A DNA stretch of 64,000 nucleotides from Actinomycetes bacterium (GTDB lineage Bacteria > Actinomycetota > Acidimicrobiia > Acidimicrobiales > JAAEMS01): contig JAAEMS010000279.1 in assembly GCA_024225275.1 (NCBI GenBank), positions 31,662 through 95,661 on the forward strand. Reading direction: 5' to 3'. The notes under the pieces are model-generated. The model saw nothing but the letters and a program-made list of their open reading frames with translations. It had not been told where the DNA came from and searched no databases. Numbering within the stretch: position 1 is the stretch's first letter; each line of letters starts with the position of its first letter. Below are positions 58,636-64,000 of the stretch, piece after piece. Position numbers and translations under genes: made by a program.

Positions 58636-59298
58636 CTACTCCTCGATGGCGGGGCGCTTCTCGCCGAACTGGTTCCAGCTGGTCATGCTCTCGGCCGGAC
58701 GCCGGCTGGCGACCCCCCACTTCCCGGTAGGAACCCCAAGGGGCATGAGAGCCACGACCTCGAACCGCTCGGGGATGCCGCAGACCTCGCGTACCTCGTC
58801 CTCGTAGATCCGGAAGACGGTGGTGAGCACGGTACCCAGGCCCTCGTTGCGGGCGGCCAGGATCAGGTTCTGTACCGCCGGATAGACCGAGGCGTAGACG
58901 GGGCCGACATCCATGGTGCCTTCGTCGTCGTCGATGGCCATCGAGATCTTGGGCACCAGCACCAGCACCATGGCCGGCACGGCCGCCAGGTTTCGGGCCA
59001 GATGATCGGTGGCGGCCCAGTTGCGCTGGTGCCGACGCTCGGCGGCCTCGTCCTTGAACGGCGGAATGTACTGCTGGATAGCTGGTTCGTACCGCTCGTG
59101 GGCCTTCAGGTAGATGGCCGCCAGCTGATCCTTGACCTCCTGGTCGGTGGCCACGAGAAACTGATAGGGCTGGATGTTTCCCCCACTGGGCGCCTGGACC
59201 GCGGCCCGCAGGATGCGCTGGATGGTGGCGTCGCTCACCGGTTGGTCGGACAGGCGGCGCATGGCCCGCGTCGTCATCAGGGCATCGTGCAGTTCCAT
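58636..59298 (-). CDS. Nitroreductase family protein
   Basis: TTRAMRR, APSGGNIQP, SVYPAVQNLILAAR.EGLG. Confidence 0.9.
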   Translation of the reverse strand: MELHDALMTTRAMRRLSDQPVSDATIQRILRAAVQAPSGGNIQPYQFLVATDQEVKDQLAAIYLKAHERYEPAIQQYIPPFKDEAAERRHQRNWAATDHLARNLAAVPAMVLVLVPKISMAIDDDEGTMDVGPVYASVYPAVQNLILAARNEGLGTVLTTVFRIYEDEVREVCGIPERFEVVALMPLGVPTGKWGVASRRPAESMTSWNQFGEKRPAIEE

Positions 59299-59340
59299 GG
59301 GGTTCCTCGTTCTCTTTGGCGGGGTGGTGACGGCGGGTGG

Positions 59341-60138
59341 CTAGCGGTTGTGGAAGGTCGGGTCGCGGCCCTCCTGGAGGGCGGCCAGCGCTTCGGCATG
59401 ATCCTCGCTCTGGAAGGTGACGATCTCGAGGGCGGTGGCCACGTCGAAGGCGGTGTTGGCCGCGTCCTTCAGCAGCTTGTTGGTGGCGACCTTGGTGTAC
59501 TGCACAGCCATGGGCGCGTTGGCGGCGATGCGACGGGCAAAGGCCAGCGCTTCGTCCAGGCATTCATCGTCGGGAGTCACGAAGTTGACCATGCCGAGAC
59601 GGTGGGCTTCGGTGGCCGAGATCGGGTCGCCGGTCAGGAGGTACTGCTTGGCGAGAGCCGGACCGATGGCGAGCGGCCAAGCCACCGTGCCCCCATCGCC
59701 GGCGACGATACCAACCTTCACGTGGGGGTCGCCGATACGGGCCGACTCGGCCACGAAGATGATGTCGCTCAGCAGGGCGATGGAAGCGGCCAGGCCCATG
59801 GCGTGACCGTTCACCGCGGCCACGATCGGCACCACGACATCGAGCATGTCCCAGATCAGGTTCTTGCCATCCTGGCGCAGGGGCTCGAGCCGGCCGGGTG
59901 CCTGGAGGGTCGGGAACCAGTCGAAGTCGCCGCCGGCCGAGAAGGTCGGACCCGACCCGGTGAGCACGATGCAGCGGGCTTCGCGTTCATGCTGGAGCGC
60001 GGGGAACAACGCCGTGAGCTCGTCGTGCATCTGCCCGTTCACCGCGTTGAGCGGATTCTCGGGTCGATCGATGGTGACCAGCAGGATGTGCCCGTCGAGC
60101 CGCTCGAAGTGTAGGTACTCGAAATCGTCGTAGCTCAT
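59341..60138 (-). CDS. Enoyl-CoA hydratase/isomerase
   Basis: FSAGGD, AAVNGHAMG, DPHVKVGIVAGDGG; start 60138 or 60147. Confidence 0.9.
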   Translation of the reverse strand: MSYDDFEYLHFERLDGHILLVTIDRPENPLNAVNGQMHDELTALFPALQHEREARCIVLTGSGPTFSAGGDFDWFPTLQAPGRLEPLRQDGKNLIWDMLDVVVPIVAAVNGHAMGLAASIALLSDIIFVAESARIGDPHVKVGIVAGDGGTVAWPLAIGPALAKQYLLTGDPISATEAHRLGMVNFVTPDDECLDEALAFARRIAANAPMAVQYTKVATNKLLKDAANTAFDVATALEIVTFQSEDHAEALAALQEGRDPTFHNR

Positions 60139-60191
60139 GGGGCTCATCTCTGTTGTGCGCCTTCGGGCTGGGCGCCGCTCGGCCGACGATC

Positions 60192-61313
60192 CTAGGTCGG
60201 TGGCTCGCGGGGCAAGCCCAGAAGCCGTTCGCCGATGATGTTGCGCTGGACCTCGCTGGTGCCACCACCGATGGTGAGAGCTCGGCTGAACAGGTAGCCC
60301 CAGTGCCAGGGGTCGAGCTCCTCGGCCTCCTCGTTCTGGAGGCCGATCATGCCGGCCGGACCGGACAGGTCCTTGACCAGTGACATCAGGTCCTGACCGT
60401 GAGCATCGGCGAGAGCCTTGCGAATCGATGCCTGGGGGCCCGGATCGTCGCCCTGCATCATCGCCTCGACGATCTTGTCGCCCAGCAGGCCGATGATCTG
60501 AGTGTCGGTGCGCAGCCGGGCGGCCCCCTGCCTGGTGATCGGATCGGCACCGGCGCCCCGGCCCTTGGCCTCGGCGAAACACTCGTCGGGGTCGGGGCCC
60601 ATGCCCCAGAGGACCCCGCCCTCGGAGAGTGAGACCCGCTCGTTTCCCAGGGTGACCTTGGCCAGCCCCCATCCCTCGTTCTCGGGACCGATGCGGTTGG
60701 CCACCGGGATCCGGACGTCGGTGAAGAAGGTCTCGTTGAAATGGTTGCCGCCGGTCATCTCGATGATCTTGCGAACCTCGATGCCGGGCGTCTTCATGTC
60801 GAGCACGAAATAGGAGATGCCCTTGTGCTTCGATTCCGACGGGTCGGTGCGAGCGAGGAGGATGCCCCAGTCAGAGCGGTTGGCCCAGGTCGACCAGATC
60901 TTCTGGCCGTTGACCACGTACTCGTCGCCGTCGAGCACGGCCCTCGTGCGCAGAGCAGCCAGGTCGCTTCCGGCCTCGGGCTCGGAGAAGAGCTGACACC
61001 ACTCTTCGGATCCGTCGAGGATGCCGGGCAGCCACTTCTGCTGCTGCTCGGGAGTGCCGCCGGCGGCGATGGTGGGGCCCGCCCAACCGATGGCGATGGC
61101 GTTGTCGGGTCGGGAGACCCCCGCCCGGGCCAGCTCGTCATCGATGATCAGCTGAAGCTCGGGGTCGGCGCCCAGCCCCCAGGGATCGGGCCAATGGGGA
61201 GCCACGTAGCCGGCCTCGGCCAGCTGCCGCGCGGTGGGTTCAGGACGAGAGTCGAACCAGGCCCTGACCTGGAGCCGACGCGGATCATCTTGAGGCGGGA
61301 GCGCTATTGGCAT
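60192..61313 (-). CDS. Acyl-CoA dehydrogenase
   Basis: WCQLFSEPEAGSDLA, NGQKIWS, TIGGGTSEVQRNII. Confidence 0.93.
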   Translation of the reverse strand: MPIALPPQDDPRRLQVRAWFDSRPEPTARQLAEAGYVAPHWPDPWGLGADPELQLIIDDELARAGVSRPDNAIAIGWAGPTIAAGGTPEQQQKWLPGILDGSEEWCQLFSEPEAGSDLAALRTRAVLDGDEYVVNGQKIWSTWANRSDWGILLARTDPSESKHKGISYFVLDMKTPGIEVRKIIEMTGGNHFNETFFTDVRIPVANRIGPENEGWGLAKVTLGNERVSLSEGGVLWGMGPDPDECFAEAKGRGAGADPITRQGAARLRTDTQIIGLLGDKIVEAMMQGDDPGPQASIRKALADAHGQDLMSLVKDLSGPAGMIGLQNEEAEELDPWHWGYLFSRALTIGGGTSEVQRNIIGERLLGLPREPPT

Positions 61314-61317
61314 GTAA

Positions 61318-62472
61318 TCAGAGCATTCCAGTGTCGGTTTCGAGGCCGAGCCGCATGCGACCGGCCACCTCGAAGGTCCGTGGTGCGACCATGGCGTGTT
61401 GGGTGGCGACGAATACATCGCGGAAGCATCGCTGGATGGGGCTGGTCTTGTAGACCGCGGCTCCGCCGGCCGCCTTGTACATCAGCTCGGTGACCTCGGC
61501 GGCCGTCTGGGTGGCATGGGTGGCGCTCAACCGCAGGAGCCGCTTCTGCTCGTCGGTGGGGGAATCGCCGACACTGGCAGCCTCCCAGCAGGCGCCGACG
61601 GTGTCCTCGACGAAACCCCACGCCGACCGGAGCTTGGCCTCGGCGATCGCGGTGTCGGATTGGATCGGTGGGCGGTCGCGGAGGGGACGGCTGCTGCCCT
61701 GAGGTCGTTTGGTGGCAGCCAACGCGACCAGCTCGTCGATGGCCCGCCGGCCAATACCCAGCGAGGTGGCGGCGATACCGAGGGCGAGTAGGCCGTAGAA
61801 GGAGAAGCGGCTGAACGCGTTCTCGCGGGTAGCAGCGTCGACCCCGATCTGGACCCAGCGGCCCTCGGGCACGAAGGCGTCGGTCACCTTGTAGTCCAGC
61901 GAGCCCGTACCGGCGAGGCCCGACACCTCCCAGGTCTCGATGAACTCGACGTCATCGAGCTCGAAGAACACGTACGGGAAGGCCAGGCCGTCCTGGCGGG
62001 GGCTGATCCTTCCTTCGTCGTCGACAAGCATGCAGCCGCCCCCGATCCAGGTGCAGTGCTTGGTACCCGAGCCCCACTGCCACGTACCCGACACCCGGAG
62101 GCCACCATCGACCGGGATGGCCTTGCCCGCCGGGGCCGCGTAGCCACCGGTGATCGAACGGGGATCGCCGAAGATCAGCTGGCCCCAGTCGTCGCGGAGG
62201 TACGACGCCATCAGCGAACTGGTGCACGAGATGGCGACACTCCAGCCGGTCGACCCGTCGTGGTAGGCGTACTCCTCGATGACCTCGAGCCCTTCCCAGG
62301 CGGTGGAGGAGGGGCCACCGAGATCGGCCGGCACGTACTGGCGGAAGGCCTGACTGGGGCGGATCTGGTTGACGATATCGATGGGCAGGGTGGCGAGCTG
62401 TTCTATCTCGTCGCCCCGGGCGGCAATCGACGGCCCGATCTCGCGAGCCGTTTCCAGGATCGTGTTCGTCAT
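61318..62472 (-). CDS. Flavin-dependent hydroxylase, acyl-CoA dehydrogenase fold
   Basis: DGSTGW, SGTWQWGSG, GLAGTGS, IQRCFRD. Confidence 0.85.
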   Translation of the reverse strand: MTNTILETAREIGPSIAARGDEIEQLATLPIDIVNQIRPSQAFRQYVPADLGGPSSTAWEGLEVIEEYAYHDGSTGWSVAISCTSSLMASYLRDDWGQLIFGDPRSITGGYAAPAGKAIPVDGGLRVSGTWQWGSGTKHCTWIGGGCMLVDDEGRISPRQDGLAFPYVFFELDDVEFIETWEVSGLAGTGSLDYKVTDAFVPEGRWVQIGVDAATRENAFSRFSFYGLLALGIAATSLGIGRRAIDELVALAATKRPQGSSRPLRDRPPIQSDTAIAEAKLRSAWGFVEDTVGACWEAASVGDSPTDEQKRLLRLSATHATQTAAEVTELMYKAAGGAAVYKTSPIQRCFRDVFVATQHAMVAPRTFEVAGRMRLGLETDTGML

Positions 62473-62547
62473 GGCGTGAATATAGAGTAGGGCTCTGGTT
62501 GCCTCAACCAGTTCCTGAGGCCAACTCCGGCCAGGTAGATTCGGCTC

Positions 62548-63144
62548 ATGGCTGCCGAGGCGCCGATCAGCAAACGATCCCGACGCACACGAACCGAGCT
62601 GGGCCGTGCCGCCCACGACGAGGTAGCTCGATCAGGGGCCATCGACGTCGCCGCCATCAGCTCCGCCGCCGGGGTGTCGCCCGCGACGTTCTATGCCCAT
62701 TTCGACACCCACGACGATGCCCTGGCCGCCGCTCTCGACCTGAGCCTCAGGGCGGTGATTCGGGTCAGCAACGAGCTGTTCCGGATCGAGAACCTGCTGG
62801 AACGAGGGGTCGAATCGGTGGTCGAACAGATGGTGCGGGAGGTGGTGGCCGCCTTCGGGGTCGAGGCGTTCGTCATGCGCGCCGCGCTGGCCCGTCTACC
62901 CCACCACCGCGGCATCCGCGCCGTCTACCGCCATCACGAAACCACCAGCCGCGACCATCTCGCCCGCCACATCGAGCTCGGCCAGAAGGCCGGCCTGCTC
63001 CGCGCTGGCGACCCCGCCCCGCGCGCGACATCGCTGCTGGTTCTCACCCAGGGCCTGAACAACCCCCTCCTGCTCGGCGGCCGCCCCTCCCCAGTGGTCA
63101 TCGACGACCTCTGCCGCTCCGCCCTCGCCCTCCTCCTCCCCTGA
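62548..63144 (+). CDS. TetR family regulator
   Basis: AAGVSPATFYAHF; TAGATT 6 nt before ATG. Confidence 0.85.
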   Translation: MAAEAPISKRSRRTRTELGRAAHDEVARSGAIDVAAISSAAGVSPATFYAHFDTHDDALAAALDLSLRAVIRVSNELFRIENLLERGVESVVEQMVREVVAAFGVEAFVMRAALARLPHHRGIRAVYRHHETTSRDHLARHIELGQKAGLLRAGDPAPRATSLLVLTQGLNNPLLLGGRPSPVVIDDLCRSALALLLP

Positions 63145-63157
63145 CCCCACCGAACAT

Positions 63158-63193
63158 GAGGCCGATCGCGTCACCTGTGAGGCAATCCGCCTC
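63158..63193. repeat. REP-like palindrome, copy 3 (degenerate)
   Basis: gaggccgatcgcgtc-acctgt-gaggcaatccgcctc. Confidence 0.65.
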
Positions 63194-63256
63194 ATGAAAG
63201 CGGGGGTTCGGGGTGGTTGTGCTGAACGGGTCGAATCCACCGACTACCTTGCAGTG

Positions 63257-64000
63257 ATGGACACCGTCATGTACGAGCACGCCGATGGCATCGCCACCAT
63301 CACCCTGAACCGGCCGGAGTCACTCAACTCCATGACCACCGAGTTCATGGACGACCTCCTGGCCGCCCTGACCGAGGTCGAGAACGACGATGGCATCCGG
63401 GTGGCCGTCATCACCGGAGCCGGCCGGGGTTTCTGCTCGGGCGCCGATCTCTCCACCATGGATCAGGACCCGGGGGCTGACAGCTCGGTCACCGACGGTA
63501 TGGACGACCATTTCAACCCGACCATGCGGGCCCTCGCCGATCTCCCGGTGCCCACGATCGCCCGAGTCAACGGGGTGGCGGCCGGAGGCGGGTTCGGCCT
63601 GGCCATGACCTGCGACATCACCATCGCGGCCCGGTCGGCCTTCTTCGTGGCCACCTTCGGCCCCCGCCTCGGCATCGTTCCCGACCTGGGAACGACCTGG
63701 CATCTCCCCCTCCGAGCCGGTCAGGCCCGAGCCCGCGGCATCGCCATGCTCGGTGGCCGGATCAGCGCCGATCAGGCCAAGGATTGGGGTCTCATCTGGG
63801 ACACGGTCGACGACGACCAGCTCGACACTGCGGTCGGTGAGGTGGCAGCCTCGCTGGCCCACAGCTCACCCGACGCCATGACGCGGATCCGTCGGTCCAT
63901 GCAGGACGCCGAGCACAACACCCTGTCGGCCCAACTCGACCTCGAGCGAGACCACCAACAGGTCCTGATCCCGAACAACATGGGCGAGGGCGCGGCCGCC
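63257..64000 (+). CDS. Enoyl-CoA hydratase/isomerase (PaaG-like), runs off the window edge
   Basis: Manual translation MDTVMYEHADGIATITLNRPESLN..GFCSGADL..VNGVAAGGG..GIVPDLG. Confidence 0.88.
   Translation, partial: MDTVMYEHADGIATITLNRPESLNSMTTEFMDDLLAALTEVENDDGIRVAVITGAGRGFCSGADLSTMDQDPGADSSVTDGMDDHFNPTMRALADLPVPTIARVNGVAAGGGFGLAMTCDITIAARSAFFVATFGPRLGIVPDLGTTWHLPLRAGQARARGIAMLGGRISADQAKDWGLIWDTVDDDQLDTAVGEVAASLAHSSPDAMTRIRRSMQDAEHNTLSAQLDLERDHQQVLIPNNMGEGAAA

Noticed and set aside
1-64000. tRNA, rRNA, transposase, integrase or prophage genes
   Set aside because: None recognised by eye; tRNAscan-SE, Infernal and ISEScan would be needed to exclude them formally

Overview
High-GC actinobacterial chromosome segment; gene content suggests class Acidimicrobiia (inference). 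1-31 kb is mostly core: mca, etfBA, DAG-kinase/glpQ/whiB1/pdtaS, an Mrp + SufR-like regulator + cysteine desulfurase locus, a full System I cytochrome c maturation operon (ccmABCDEFGHI, including a ccmD missed by the ORF track), a sortase, two Septum_form proteins, menB and lldD. 32-64 kb is accessory: twin lipoprotein subtilases, amidases, F420-type LLM enzymes, aromatic/fatty-acyl catabolic genes and six pseudogenes, several broken by deletions at short microhomologies. I saw no rRNA, tRNA, CRISPR array or transposase. Best leads: (1) a ~1815-aa membrane protein joining an intact HD-GYP phosphodiesterase to a giant Ig/cadherin-like + lamin-tail + PKD + beta-propeller ectodomain; (2) a 4 x 41-bp tandem repeat in which every unit is a 14-codon mini-ORF chained by ATGA overlaps between two genes (MIRU-like); (3) microhomology-type gene erosion; (4) a probable CTG start codon; (5) a dispersed REP-like palindrome family. 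All product calls come from motif recognition, not database searches.
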